A stretch of 64,000 nucleotides of DNA from Pristiophorus japonicus (GCF_044704955.1 NC_091999.1:58094001-58158000); one strand, 5' to 3'. Shown: positions 1 to 11,887, counted from the stretch's first letter. Numbers and translations: made by a program. The notes: generated by a model from the letters alone, not told the origin.

Positions 1-318
1 GCTCACCTTTGGCTCATTTTCCGTGAAGAAGCTCCGCATAGAGCACTTGCTTTGCGAGTCTCGTGTCTGGCATGCGAACTATGTGGTCTGCGTAGCGGAG
101 CTAATCAAGTGTGGACAGTGCGTCAATGCTGGGTACGTTAGCCTGGACGAGGACGCTGATGTTGGTGTGCCTGTACTGCCAGGTGATTTGTAGGATTTTG
201 CGGAGACATCATTGGTGATATATCTCCAGCGAGAAAAAATGTCTACTGCACATTGTCCATGCCTCTGAGCCATACAGGAGTGCGGGTATTCCTACAGCCC
301 TGTAGACCATGAGCTTGG
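1..318 (-). mobile_element. RTE-clade LINE fragment (RT C-terminal region), runs off window start
   Basis: Minus strand encodes a decayed ...CLRKILQITW...RYADHIVRMPDTRL.KQVLYAEL, typical of the RTE ORF C-terminus; inverted paralog at 45765-46408 ends in a (GAT)n tail. Confidence 0.85.
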
Positions 319-319
319 T

Positions 320-645
320 TGTACCTGCCCAGGGAATGGTTAATGAGACAGTGTAGAGGAAACTTTACTCTGTCTCTAACCCATGCTATATCTGTCCTGG
401 GAGTGTTAGATGGGACAGTGTAGAGGGAGATTTACTCTGTATCTCACCTGTGCTACACCTGCCCCGCGAATATCCACTGGAACAGTATAGAGGGAGATTT
501 TATCGACATCTGACAGATGCTGTATCTGCCCTGGAATGGCTGGGACAAGTTAGAGGGAGATGAAGTCTGTGTCTAACCTGTGCTGTACTTGCACTGGAAA
601 CGTTTGATGCAACAGTATAGAGGGAGCTTTATTCAATATTTAACC
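320..645 (+). repeat. Degenerate 67-bp minisatellite (GTGCTGTACCTGCCCTGGGAGTGTTTGATGGGACAGTGTAGAGGGAGCTTTACTCTGTATCTAACCC)
   Basis: About 5 diverged tandem copies; the same unit resumes at 5084-5160 and 6757-7510. Confidence 0.9.
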
Positions 646-3600
646 TGTTAAGTCCAGAAAACGTAACGTGATTGAGTACTGTAGACGTGAGTGTAACTTC
701 AGAGTGCACGTACAACATGTAATGTCTGCTTATATACAGTGCTCCCAAGGGAGGCTGGGATCCCTTGGGACTCCAACAGATATGCCCTGTGGTGGTGGTA
801 GAATTCTGATTACATAGGGTTGTATACATAACATCACTCCCTCCCAAAGTCAATAGTACACTTATTTGCAAGTTGAGGCGATCTGGGGCTTTTCACTCCC
901 GAGTCGATCGTCTCAGTTCAAATGCAGGTGCAGGTGAGTTGGTTGGTTCTTCGCTTGGCTGCTGCGCAGCTGACCTTGCTGGGCTGCTGGGGATGATGAG
1001 TTCAGCTTCGTGGTCAACCATGATGTTGGTTGCCACTTGTGTGTGTGTCGGATGGTCGAAATTGGTTGCTAGTGGCTGTCTGTGAATCGCAGTTTGGTTT
1101 GGTCCAAATGCTTTCTGCAAGTTATTCCATTTGCGAGTTTGACCTGAAACACCCTCCTCCCTCCTTTGGCTATGACAGTGCCAGCAAGCTATTTGGGACC
1201 AGGTCCATAGTTAAATACAAGTACAGGGTCATTGATTCCAATATTGCGTGACAAATCTGTGCGATCACGGTACATGCTTTGTTGATGCCGCCTGCCCTCG
1301 ACTTGATCATGGAGATCAGGGTGAACGAGAGAAAGCCTTGTTTTGAGCACCCTTTTCTGGAGCAGCTCAGCTGGGGAACCCCGGTGAGAGAATGGTGTCC
1401 GGTGCAGTGGCTGAGCAGGACTCGGGACAGGTGGGTCTGCAGGGAGCCTTTTGACATGTGTTTCAAGCTTTGCTTGATGGTTTGGACTGCACGTTCTCTC
1501 TTGCCATTGGATGCGGGCTTGAATGGGGCAGATGAGATGTGCTTGATCCCATTGAGTGTCATGAATTCCTTGAATTCAGCGCTGGTGAAGCATGGCCCGT
1601 TGTCACTGACAAGGACATCAGGCAGGCCTTGCGTGACTCGTAGATTTTCGAGGATGGCAGTGGACGTGCTTACAGACATTATGACACACTCAATCCAGTT
1701 AGAATAAACATCCACAAGAACGAAGAACATTTTGCCTAGAAATGGGCCAGCAAAGTCAACGTAGATCCTAGACCACGGTTTGGAGGGCCATGACCACAAA
1801 CTTGGGTGCCCTGGGTGCACGGCTTAGTTATGAGCAAGTGGTGCATTGGCACACGCAAGACTCCAAATCTGAGTCAATATCGGGCCACCACACATGGGGT
1901 CTGGCTACAGCTTTCATCTTTACTATGCCTGGGTTGGCACAATGTAGGTCAGGTTTGAACATTTCTCTGCCTTTCTTGGGCAAAACCACGTGATTAACCC
2001 ACAAAAGACAGTCCGTCTGTATGGACATTTCGTATTTAAGCTGCTGGAACAGCTTGATCTCTTCATGCATCTCCGCTGGGGAGCATCACTAGCTCCCATG
2101 GAGGACACAGTTTTTACAAGGGACAGTAAAGGATCCTGGCTGGTCCAGGTCCTCATCTGGTGGCCGTAACGGGTGACTTTTCATTTTCAAATGCATCCAT
2201 CACCAAGAGCAAGTCTGCAGGCTGTGCCATTTCCACCCCAGTGGTGGGAAAAGTAGCCGACTGAGGGCATCAGCGCAGTTCTCTGTGCCTGGCCAGTGGT
2301 GAATTACATATTTATATGCATACAGCGTGAGCGCCCATCTTTGGATGCGAGCAGAAGCATTTGTATTAATACCTTTGCTCTCTGTGAATAGCGATATGAG
2401 CGGCTTATGGTGAGTTTCTAACTCGAACTAAAGCCCAAAATGATACTGGTGCATTTTTTCACCCCGTAAACGCATGCCAGAGCTTCTTTTTCAATCATGC
2501 TGTAGGTCCTTTCGGCCTTGGACGATCTCCTGCTCGCATAGGCGACCGGTTGCAATGTTCCCAATTCGTTTGCTTATTGTAACACACGCCCGACCCTGTA
2601 CAAAGATGCATCGCAAGCTAACACTAAACGTTTACATGGATCATAAAGGACAAGCAGTTTGTTGGAACATAACAGATTTCGGGCTTCCTCAAAAGCAGTC
2701 TCTTTTGATTTTCCCCATGCCTAATAATCCCCCTTGCGCTGCCACATGTGTAGAGGTTCTAGCAAGGTGCTCAACCCGGGTAGGAGATTAACAAAATAAT
2801 GAGGAGCCCCAGGAAGGACCACAGCTTCGTCACGTTCTGTGGTTTCGGCACGTTCTTGATGGCCTCCGTCTTGGTGTCAGTGGGTCTGATGCCATCTGCC
2901 ACGATTCTTCTCCCTAAAAACTCGACCTTTGGCACCAGGAAAACAAACTTCGAGCGTTTCAACCTGAGACCCACATGATCAAGCCGACTTAGAACCTCTT
3001 CCATGTTCTGCAATTGCTCGATGGTGTCCCGACCTGTGACCAGTATATCATCCTGGAAAACCACGATGTGCAGCACCGACTTTAGCAGACTCTCCATGTC
3101 CCTTTGAAAAATAGCCACGGTCGATCGAATTCCAAACGTGCATCTAATGTCGATGAACAGACCTTTGCGTGTTGATGCAGGTGAGGCCTTTTTAATATTC
3201 CGCCAGCTCCTGCATCATGTGGGCCGAGGTCAGGTCCAACTTGGTGAATGTCTTTCCTCCTGCCAGTGTCACAAATAGTTTGTCTGCCTTGGGTTGTGGG
3301 TAGTGGTCCTGCAGCGAAAAATGGTTAATCATTACTTTATAGTCCCCACAAATTCTGAGCATGACATCACCCTTGAGAACCAGAACAACCTGACTGGCCC
3401 ACTCGTTGAACTCCACCAGTGCGATGATGCCCTCTCGTTGCAGCCTGTCTAACTCGATCTCCACTTTCTCTCGCATCATATATGTTACTGCCCGTGCCTT
3501 GTGATGGATGGGTCATGTACCGGGAATCAAGTGGACCTGCACCTTCACCCTCAAGAAACTTCCGATCCCTAGCTCAAACAATGACGGAAACTTGCTCAGA

Positions 3601-5083
3601 ACCTGGGCACATGAGGCGTCATCGATGGATGAAAGCGCTCGGATGCCATCCCAGTTCCAGCGTATTTTTCTCAGCCAGCTTCTGCCGAATAATGTGGGGC
3701 CATCTACTGACACTATGCTTAGTGGTAGTTCGTGTACGGTTCCATCATAAGATACTTTTAATACTGTGCTGACAATTACTGGGATCAGCTCTTTAGTGTA
3801 AGTTTTCAGTTTGGTGTGAATGGGGCTCAGCTTGGGTCTGTCGAAGGCCCTTTTCCCATGATGGACTTGACTCACACCCATGTCCAATTCCACAGCTACT
3901 GGAATTCCGTCCAGTTCAATATTTAACATGATCGGTGGACATTTCCTGATGAAGGTGTGCACCCCGTACACTTCTGCCTCCTCGATTTGAGTCACTAGTT
4001 CAGTTTGATCCACCATGGATCGGTCTTCCACTGCAATGTGGTGCTTTGCAGTGTTTGCAGCTCATCTGCATATTCGCTGGAGGTGTCCCATTGTTCCACA
4101 GCCTTTGAACGCATAGTGTTTGAAGCTGCATTGATGGGCTCGATGATCACCTCCGAAGTGCTAACAAGCTGTTAACTGCCTCGCATTAATGCTTGATGGC
4201 AGACTCTGAGTCACCTGAGATCCTGCAGCTGCAGGCGTGTACATTCTGCCATAAGCATTCCTGCCTGAAAACGCTGTTACTTTGTGTACAGTACTTGCCA
4301 AAACATCTGTACGCTGGGAAATCTGTTTGGTGTTATCGCTGGTGGACATAAATGCCGAGGCTATCGTTATGACTTTATCAGGTGCTGTGTTTCAACAGTC
4401 AATAGTTTGTGAAGGATATCCTCATGGCCAATGCCAAGCGCAAAATATCTCTCATCATTTACTCCAGGCATCGATCAAATTCGCAATGTCCTGCAAGGTG
4501 CCTTATTTCACCGACGTAGCTCGCCATTTCCTGGCCTTCAGACATGTGTAAAATCGACACCTTGCCATCAGAATGTTCTCCTTCGGATTTAGGTGCTCCT
4601 GGACAAGCTTGCACAGTTCTTCACACGATTTCGTTGTTGGCTTCACCGGAGCAAGAAAATTCTTCATGAGGCCACAGGTTGTTGCCCCGCAGAGCGTGAG
4701 GAGGATCGCCCTTTGTTTGGCAGCATTCACATTCCCTGCCAGCTCGTTGGCCATGAAGTATTAGTCGAGTCGCTGCATGAAGACCTTACAATCGTCCCCT
4801 TCTGAGAATTTCTCCAGGATATCAACTGTTCTCTGCATTTTTGCATGATGGTTCATTATCTCGTCGCCAATTGTTATGTCCAGAATAAAGTAACGTAATT
4901 GAGTACTGTAGGCATGAGTAAGTGTGAAATTGGTCTTTTTTTTTAACTCCAGAGTGCACGTACAGCATGGGAGGCCTGCTGATATACAGTGCTCCCAAGG
5001 GATGCTGGGATCCCTTGGGACTCCAACAGATATGCCCTATGATGGCGGTACATTGCTGGTTACATAGGGTTGCATACATAACA
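646..5083 (-). mobile_element. Full-length decayed Ty3/Gypsy LTR retrotransposon, Mag clade-like (copy 1)
   Basis: 5' LTR 4872-5083 and 3' LTR 646-833 with TGTTATG...TAACA ends; 5-bp TSD TAACC at 641-645 and 5084-5088; PBS TGGCGACGAG (4860-4869, complementary to the tRNA-Ser(GCT) 3' end); PPT at 834-850; domain order gag-PR-RT-RH-IN. Confidence 0.95.
870..4838 (-). pseudogene. gag-pol pseudogene of Gypsy copy 1
   Basis: Fragments in several frames: gag (MANELAG...), protease VELDMG, RT LRICGDYK / KLDLTSAH / VVFQDDILVTG, RNase H YSMIEK, integrase PWSRIYVDFAGPF..SDNGPCF..ERAVQ; many stops and frameshifts. Confidence 0.9.
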
Positions 5084-5159
5084 TAACCCATGTTGTACTT
5101 GCCCTGGGAATGTCGGATGGGACAGTGTAGAGGGAGCTTTAATCTGTATCTACTCCATG

Positions 5160-5972
5160 TCCGTTGTACTCCGTAGAGGACGAAATCCACATTGTGACTC
5201 CAGGAGGAGGTCCTCAGCCACAGGGGAAGACGGTTGAGGAGGATTCTAGCGATGTATTTCCCAATGGCTGGTAACAGGGAGACTCATCTGTAATTGCCAC
5301 AGTCGGATTTGTCCCCTTTGTTCAAGATGGTCACGATTACTGCATCTCTGAGATCTCCAGGACTGCTCTCCTCCTTCCAGATGAGAGAGATGAGGTCATG
5401 CATTCATGCCAATATTGCCTCTCCACCATACTTTAGTGCCTCAGCGGGGATTCCATCCGCTCCCATTGCCTTGTTGTCCTTGAGCTGGCGGATGGCCTTT
5501 TCTATCTCGTGCAGGGCTGAGGTTTTGCTGAGATGTTGGCGGGTAGCATGCTGCAGGATGGAGTCGAGGACATGCGAGTCAAAGGCAGAGTCTCGGTTAA
5601 GGACATCTTCGAAGTGTTCCTTCTAGCGGGTCCTGGCTGCCTCAGTGTCCTTGATGAGTGTTTCCCCATTCTTGGCCAGCAGTGGGGCGGTGCCTTGGGT
5701 GCTTGGGCCATAGGTGGCCTTGACTGCGATGAAAAATCCTCGCACATCATGGCTGTCGGCCAGCTGCTGAAACTCCTGTGATTTCTCCACCCACCATCTA
5801 TGCTTTCGCTCACAGGTCTTTAATTGGACCGCGGTCTTAAGCCGTCTGTAATGCTGCTTTCTGCTCCCGAGTTGGGTTGTTGTTTTAGGTTCAGAATTGC
5901 CCTGTGCTTGTGATTAATTAGCTCTTGCATCTCCTGGTCATTCTCATCAAACTAGTCCTGGTGTTTCCTCGA
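5160..5972 (-). mobile_element. RTE LINE internal segment (linker to start of RT), inverted relative to the adjacent 3' segment
   Basis: Minus strand encodes GDKSDCGNYR..SLLP...ESQCGFRPLRSTTDM-like RTE motifs. Confidence 0.85.
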
Positions 5973-5974
5973 TC

Positions 5975-6756
5975 AGGCCATATCCCCAGCATCGAAGCAC
6001 TGACCATACTCGACCAGCTGCATTGGGTGGGCCACATTGTTCACAACTATTTTAAGTAGAACGATAATCAAGTTCCCCTGATTAAAGGGGGGAGGGGGGT
6101 CACACTCCAGAAACTTTCATTAAAGTGCCCCCTTGTTTTTTTTTGGTAACAAAAAACACAAATTAACAATTCAACATAAAGTTAACTATTGTCAAATCAA
6201 ATCGAATGAATTAAAATTACAATTCTGTTCCCTCTGGAATGATGCATTCCAGTCTCTCTGGTGCTCACCTCTCATGGAAGGCCACGAGTCTACCGGTGGA
6301 CACTGCATGCTCAATCTCCAGGGACACCCTGGATTGACACATTGTTCACATGCATGACACAAGTCTCCCAAAGCAAGGCTCTACTCGGAACTCTTACATG
6401 GCAAGCGAGCCTACAGTGGGCAGAGGAAACCTTTCAACGACACCCTCAAAGCCACCTTGATAAAATTCAACAACCCCCCGATACCTGGGAGTCCCTGACA
6501 AACGTCCGCCCAAATTGAGGAAGTGCATCCGGGAGGGCTCTGAGCACCTCGAGTCTCATCGCCGAGAGCATGCAGAAACCAAGCGGAGGAGCATGCGGCA
6601 AACCAGTCCCACCCACCCTGTCGTTCAACGACTGGCTGTCCCACCTGTGACAGAGACTGTAATTCCCATACTGGATTGTTTAATCACGTAAGAACTCATT
6701 TTAGAGTGTGAGCAAGTCTTCCTCGATTTTGACGGACTGCCAGTGATGATGATGAT
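5975..6756 (+). mobile_element. RTE LINE 3' segment with (GAT)n tail, interrupted by a Tx1 insertion
   Basis: IPSIEALT..LHWVGHIVHM.DTSLPKQ motifs, C-terminal CPTC, 3' end GCAAGTCTTCCTCGATTTTGACGGACTGCC-(GAT)n at 6744-6756. Confidence 0.88.
6046..6337 (-). mobile_element. 5'-truncated Tx1-like LINE 3' end
   Basis: Perfect 13-bp TSD CACATTGTTCACA (6033-6045, 6338-6350); minus strand encodes RVSLEIEHAVSTGRLVAF..LECII, resembling Tx1 ORF2 C-termini. Confidence 0.75.
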
Positions 6757-7510
6757 GTGTACCTAACTTGTGTTGTGCCTGTCCTGTGCATTTTTGGATT
6801 GGCTGTTTAGAGAGAAGTATACCCTGCATCTAAATTATGCTGTACTTGCCCAGTGGGACAGTGTAGACGGAGCTTCACTCCGTATCAAACATGTGCTGTA
6901 CATACCCTGGCAGTGTTTGATGGGACAGTGTAGAGGGAGCTTTACTCTGTATCTAACCCGTGCTGTACCTGCCCTGGGAGTGTTTGATAGGTCACTGTAG
7001 AGGGAGCTTTACTCTGTATGTAACATGTGCTGTACCTGCCACCAGTACGCTTGCAGCCTTCTGTAATAGGTCGGCACCGGAGGGACTGGAGTGTATCATC
7101 ACCTCAAGCAATCAAATTTTAATTTGATTTAAGTTTACCGTCCAAAGTTTAATTGGTTTATTTTTTCGGTTAAGGTTCCCCTCCCTCCTTTAACCAGGAT
7201 GCATTTGATTTACAGGTCAACAACAAAATAGTTGTGCTGTACCTGCCCTGGGATTGTTTCTTGGGACAGTGCAGAGGGAGCTTTATTCTGTATCTAACCC
7301 GTGCTGTGCATACCCTGGGAATACCTGGTGGAACAGTGCAGATGCATCCTTACTGTGTATTTAATATGTGCTGTACCTGCCCTGGGAGTGTTTGATGGTC
7401 AGCGTACAGCAAGCTTTAAATTGTAACTAACCCGTGCTGTACCTGCCCTGGGATTGTTTAGGACAGTACAGAGGGAGCTTTACTCAGTATATAACCCGTG
7501 CAATATCTGG
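6757..7510 (+). repeat. 67-bp minisatellite (degenerate), interrupted by a Tx1 fragment
   Basis: Repeated GGGACAGTGTAGAGGGAGCTTTACTCTGTATCTAACCCGTGCTGTACCTGCCCTGGG. Confidence 0.9.
7041..7232 (+). mobile_element. 5'-truncated Tx1-like LINE 3' end
   Basis: 15-bp TSD TGTGCTGTACCTGCC (7026-7040, 7233-7247); encodes TLAAFCNRSAPEGLECII..QILI*, homologous to the 6046-6337 fragment. Confidence 0.75.
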
Positions 7511-7539
7511 CCCACTCCTGCTACGATTTCTCATGGTCC

Positions 7540-8760
7540 AATGTACCCAGCGTGCCCCTCGGGGTAGAATATGCCGCACCCAGACAACAGGAGCACAGTG
7601 CGCAGGCGCGGGCCCACGCAGTGTTTGGAGCATGCGCGGTGCATGTAATGGCGGAAAAGACATGTTTTTGAGAGGTTCCTCAGAAGTGTCTATTTCGGCG
7701 GGGCGGAGGGGAGTAATCGACCAGCAGGGCGCCGTGGAGGCTTCATAAACAACCGGTGCTCGCCGCAAGCACGCAATAATAACCGGATTATCGGCGGTTG
7801 CAGCTTCGGGGCTTTCTCCCGGTCACAGGTCCAGGCTAACGGCGGCCATCTTCGTACAGGAAGGCAGGTTCAGCGCACCGCCATTTTGATTCAGTGAGTA
7901 GCACCGCGCATGCGCAGCCATCTTGGTGCAGGAACAAAGTGAATGATGTCATTGTCTGGAACTGAACCCAGCCAGAGTCAGTACCTTCAGGGGAGGGGAA
8001 CCAGTGAGTGCAGAACTGATCCCAGCCAGAGTCAGTACCTTCAGGGGAGGGGAACCAGTGAGTGTAGAACTGAACCCAGCCAGAGTCAGTACCTTCAGGG
8101 GAGGGGAACCAGTGAGTGTAGAACTGAACCAAGCCAGAGTCAGTACCTTCAGGGGAGGGGAACCAGTGAGTGTAGAACTGAACCCAGCCAGAGTCAGTAC
8201 CTTCAGCGACCAATGATTGATTGGTGCCGTGGCCCCGCCCCCCTCCACGGATCGGCGCAGAGCGGCGAGCTGGTGCCCCGCTCCGCCTCGCCATTGGCTG
8301 CGGGCTGAGTGTTGGGGGCGGGCGGTTGGGTGGTTTGTTGGTGGGCTCCGCTCACAGCCTTTGAGCTCGGGGCCCAGGTGAGGCGGGGCGGAGTTGTGCG
8401 CAGGCGTGGGGCAGCCTATTGTGCGAGGTTAGCTGCGGACGGACGACTATTTGCCCCACCCCGCGGAGGAAGGATGATCAGCCTGGGCAGTGCGCTCAGC
8501 CTCCCTGAGGACTCACAGACTCACGGACACGCGCGGACGGTGAGATTTGGGTGGCGGCTGTGGGGCACCTTCGGGCGGGGACGGGCCTTGGTTATTGTCG
8601 GGGGTTGCCGGGAGTTCGGCCGCCAGCTTTGGGCAGCAGGGGTCCGCCCGCCACGGGGAGCAGGGAGCAACAGTGGCGGGGCTTCCTCGACATCACAATA
8701 CTTTCCATTGTCCCGCTGCAGGGCAGGGAGCATGCACGGCGGCCATCTTACTGCATGGAG
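7540..8760. promoter_or_regulatory. CpG island with Pol II promoter-like motifs
   Basis: CpG-dense; YY1-like sites (GGCGGCCATCTT 7841, CCGCCATTTTG 7878, GCCATCTTGG 7917, GGCGGCCATCTT ~8738); NRF1 palindrome GCGCATGCGC 7906-7915; CCAAT/ATTGG boxes ~8210-8224 and ~8293; GC boxes; donor-like CAG|GTGAGG ~8376. Confidence 0.65.
7959..8206 (-). repeat. Short array (4.6 units) of the 54-bp satellite
   Basis: GAACTGAACCCAGCCAGAGTCAGTACCTTCAGGGGAGGGGAACCAGTGAGTGTA, the reverse complement of the large-array monomer. Confidence 0.97.
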
Positions 8761-8984
8761 CAGGTGCAGGATGGGGACCAGTGACATGAACACATGAGAA
8801 CATCAGAAATAGGAGATGAGTCGGCCCTTTGGCCCCTCGAGCCTGCCGCCATTCAATAAGATGATGGCTGCAGCATCTGGGGTGGTTCTCCTTGGAGCAG
8901 TGAAGGTGCAGGGCAGGTTTAACAGGTGCTCACAATCAGGAAGGCTTTCGATTGAGTCAGGGAACAGAGTGGTTCTGCTCACAC

Positions 8985-9660
8985 AATCAGAGAATGGTTA
9001 CAGCACGGAAGGCCATTCGGCCCGTCGAGCCCTTGCCTACTCCCCTCCCTTTCCCCCGGCCCTGCAAAATGTTTTTTTTCAGATTCAACTTCCTTTTTTT
9101 TTGAATGCTGTGATTGATCTGCCTCCACCACCCTTTCAGGCCGTGCTTTCCGGATCCTAACACCTCACTGCGTAAAATAGATTTTTTTGATGTCACCTTT
9201 GGTTATTTTGCTATTCACCTTAAATCCATCTCCTTTGGTTCTCGACCCCTCCACCAATAGGAACAGTATCTCCCTATCTACTCTGTCCGGACCCCTCATT
9301 ACTTTGAACACTTCTATCAATTCTCCTCTCAACCTTCTCTGCTCCAAGGAGAACAACCCCAGCTTCTCGAGTCAATCCATGGAACTGAAGTCCCTCATCT
9401 CGTGAATCATTCTTGTCAATCTTTTCTGCACCCACTCTCAGGCCTTCACATCCTAATCTGCGGTGCCCAGAATTGGACACAATGCTCTAGTTGAGACCGA
9501 ACCAATGTTTGAAAATGTTCATCATAACCTCCTTCCTTTTGTACTCTGTGATGCCCAGGAGCCTGTAAGCTTTTTTACCTGCTTTCTCAACCTGTCGTGT
9601 CACCTTCAGTGATTTGTGCACATATACCCGCAGGTCTCACTGTTCATGCACCCCCTTTGG
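8985..9660 (-). mobile_element. CR1 LINE 3' fragment
   Basis: Minus strand encodes FSLEQRRLRGELIEVFKVMRGPDRVDREILF, the CR1 ORF2 C-terminus, plus a 3' UTR. Confidence 0.85.
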
Positions 9661-10229
9661 GATTGTACCCTTTAATTTATATTGCCTCTCCTTGTTTATT
9701 TAATCATGCTTTTCTAATTTTATTTCTTAACTCAGATTCACGGCCTCATTTTATTTCTTCCTCCGAGCCCCTCAACTTCATGTGGCAGCGTCATTTTGGC
9801 GAGTGGTGATTGATTGCCCTGGGAACCAACAGGGAGAGTGGTCAGAGGCCGGAGGGCCCAGGGAGCAGCGTGTTCTGCAACCAATCACGGTGCTTGAGGG
9901 GTGGATCCTGAGTCAGCTTGTCAGGTGAGTCTGTGTGAATCCCTGTTAAACTATTCATCTTTTAAAGTTAAATCGAGATTTCATTTGTCAACAAAACAGT
10001 TTAACATTTGTAAGTATTTTATTTCTATTTATGAGTTCCTATTATGAGTTTCAGACACTTCAGTGCCAAGTGGACCAGGCGTTTAAAGGTCATTCATTTC
10101 CCTCTTTCCATGTCGCTGTTAGTTAAAGCGACAGAGATTGATTTCCTCTCATTATACATCTTTAGCAGTTAAAGTAACATCCTTCCTGTTGGTAGTGAGT
10201 TACATTCTGTGCTGGGCGAGATGGCTGGT

Positions 10230-11887
10230 GGCATCAGCCTTTAAAATATTCATCCTCATGTTCAAATCTCTCCAGGGTCTCGCCCTTCCCTATCTCTGTA
10301 ACCTCCTCCAGCCCACCAACCCTCTTAATAGTTTGTTTTCTTTGGAACGGAGGAGACTGAGGGGATGTATAAAATTATGAGGGGCCCACATAGAGTGGAT
10401 AGGAAGGAGCTAGTTCCCTTCACAGAGGGGTCAGCAATCAGCAGAACTTTTTAGCCAGTACGTAGCAAGCCCAACAAGAGAGGGGGAAGTTCTGGACTTA
10501 GTATTCGGGACTGAAGCTGGGCAGGTGGAAGGGGTATCGATGCGACAGCATTTTGGTGATAGTGATCGTAATTCAGTTAGATTTCGTGTAGTTATGGAAA
10601 AGGACAAAGATAGACCAGGAATAAAAGTTCTCAATTGGGGAAAAGCCAATTTTACTAAGCTGAGATGTGATTTAGCCAAAGTGGACTGGAAACAGCTACT
10701 TGAAATGGTGAGAGATTGGGAAATGTTGGTGTTTAGAGTGACCTTGGAGTCCTTGTACACGAATCACTGAAAGTTAATATGCAGGTACAGCAAGCAATGA
10801 AGAAACCAAATGGTATGTCAACCTTTTATTGCAAGAGGATTTGAGGATAAGTGTAAACATAAGAACATAAGAAATAGGAACAGGAGTAGGCCGTACAGCC
10901 TCTCGAGCCTGCTCCGCCATTCAATAAGATCATGGCTGATCTGATCATGTACTCCGCTCCACTTACCCGCCCACTCCCCATAACCCCTCATCCCCTTATC
11001 CTTTAAGAAACTGTCTATTTCTGTCTTAAATTTATTTGATGTCCAACTTCCACAGCTCTCTGATGCAGTGAGTTACACAGATTTATAACCCTCAGAAGAA
11101 ATTCCTCCTCATCTTTGCTTTAAATGGGTGGCCCTTATTCTAAGATCATGCCCTCTAGTTCGAGTCTCCCGCATCAGTGGGAACATCCTCTCTCCATCCA
11201 CCTTGTCAAGCACCCTCATAATCTTATACATTTCGATAAGATCACCTCTCATTCTTCTGAATTTCAATAAGTAGAGGCCCAAACTACTCAACCTTTCCTC
11301 ATAAGTCAACCCCCTCATCCCCAGAATCAACCTAGTGAACCTTCTCTGAACGGGTTCTGAAGCAAGTAAATCCTTTCGTAAATATGGAAACCAAAACTGC
11401 ATGCAGTATTCCAGATGTGGCCTCACTAATACCTTATATAGCTGTAGCAAGAATTCCCTGCTTTTATACTCCATCCCCTTTGCAATAAAGGCCAAGATAC
11501 CATTGGCCTTCCTGATCACTTGCTGTCCCTGCATATTATCTTTTTGTGCTTCATACACAAGTGACCCCAGGTCCCACTGTACTGCAGCATTTTATAATCT
11601 TTCTCCATTTAAATAATAACTTGTTCCCAGACATCTTACTGCAATTATATAGGACCCTGGTGAGACTACACCTGGAGTATTGTGTACAGTTTGGCTGTTT
11701 ACCTAAGGAAGGATGTACATACCATTGAGGATGGTAACGAAGGTTCACCAGACTGATTCCTGGGATGGGGGGATTGTCCTGTGAGCAGAGATTGAGTAGA
11801 CCAGGCCGATATTCTCGACAGTTCAGAAGAATGAGAGGTGATCTCATTGAAACATAGAAAATTCTTACAGGGTTTGACAGTGTAGCT
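10230..11887. mobile_element. Nested LINE mosaic: L2-like piece and plus-strand CR1 pieces interrupted by a minus-strand CR1 (~10856-11625)
   Basis: Plus: HFGDSDRNSVRF..LNWGKANF and LLQLYRTLVRLHLEYCVQF; minus: KANGILAFIAKGMEYKSREFLLQLYKVLVRPHLEYC with an AACATAAG-repeat tail at ~10857. Confidence 0.85.

Noticed and set aside
4860-4869. Functional link between the Gypsy PBS and the local tRNA-Ser genes
   Set aside because: The PBS matches tRNA-Ser(GCT) (..CTCGTCGCCA); the local genes are Ser(AGA) type ending GACTACG
8309-8797. ORFs in the CpG island
   Set aside because: Stop-poor GC-rich sequence, overlapping in several frames, no recognisable domain
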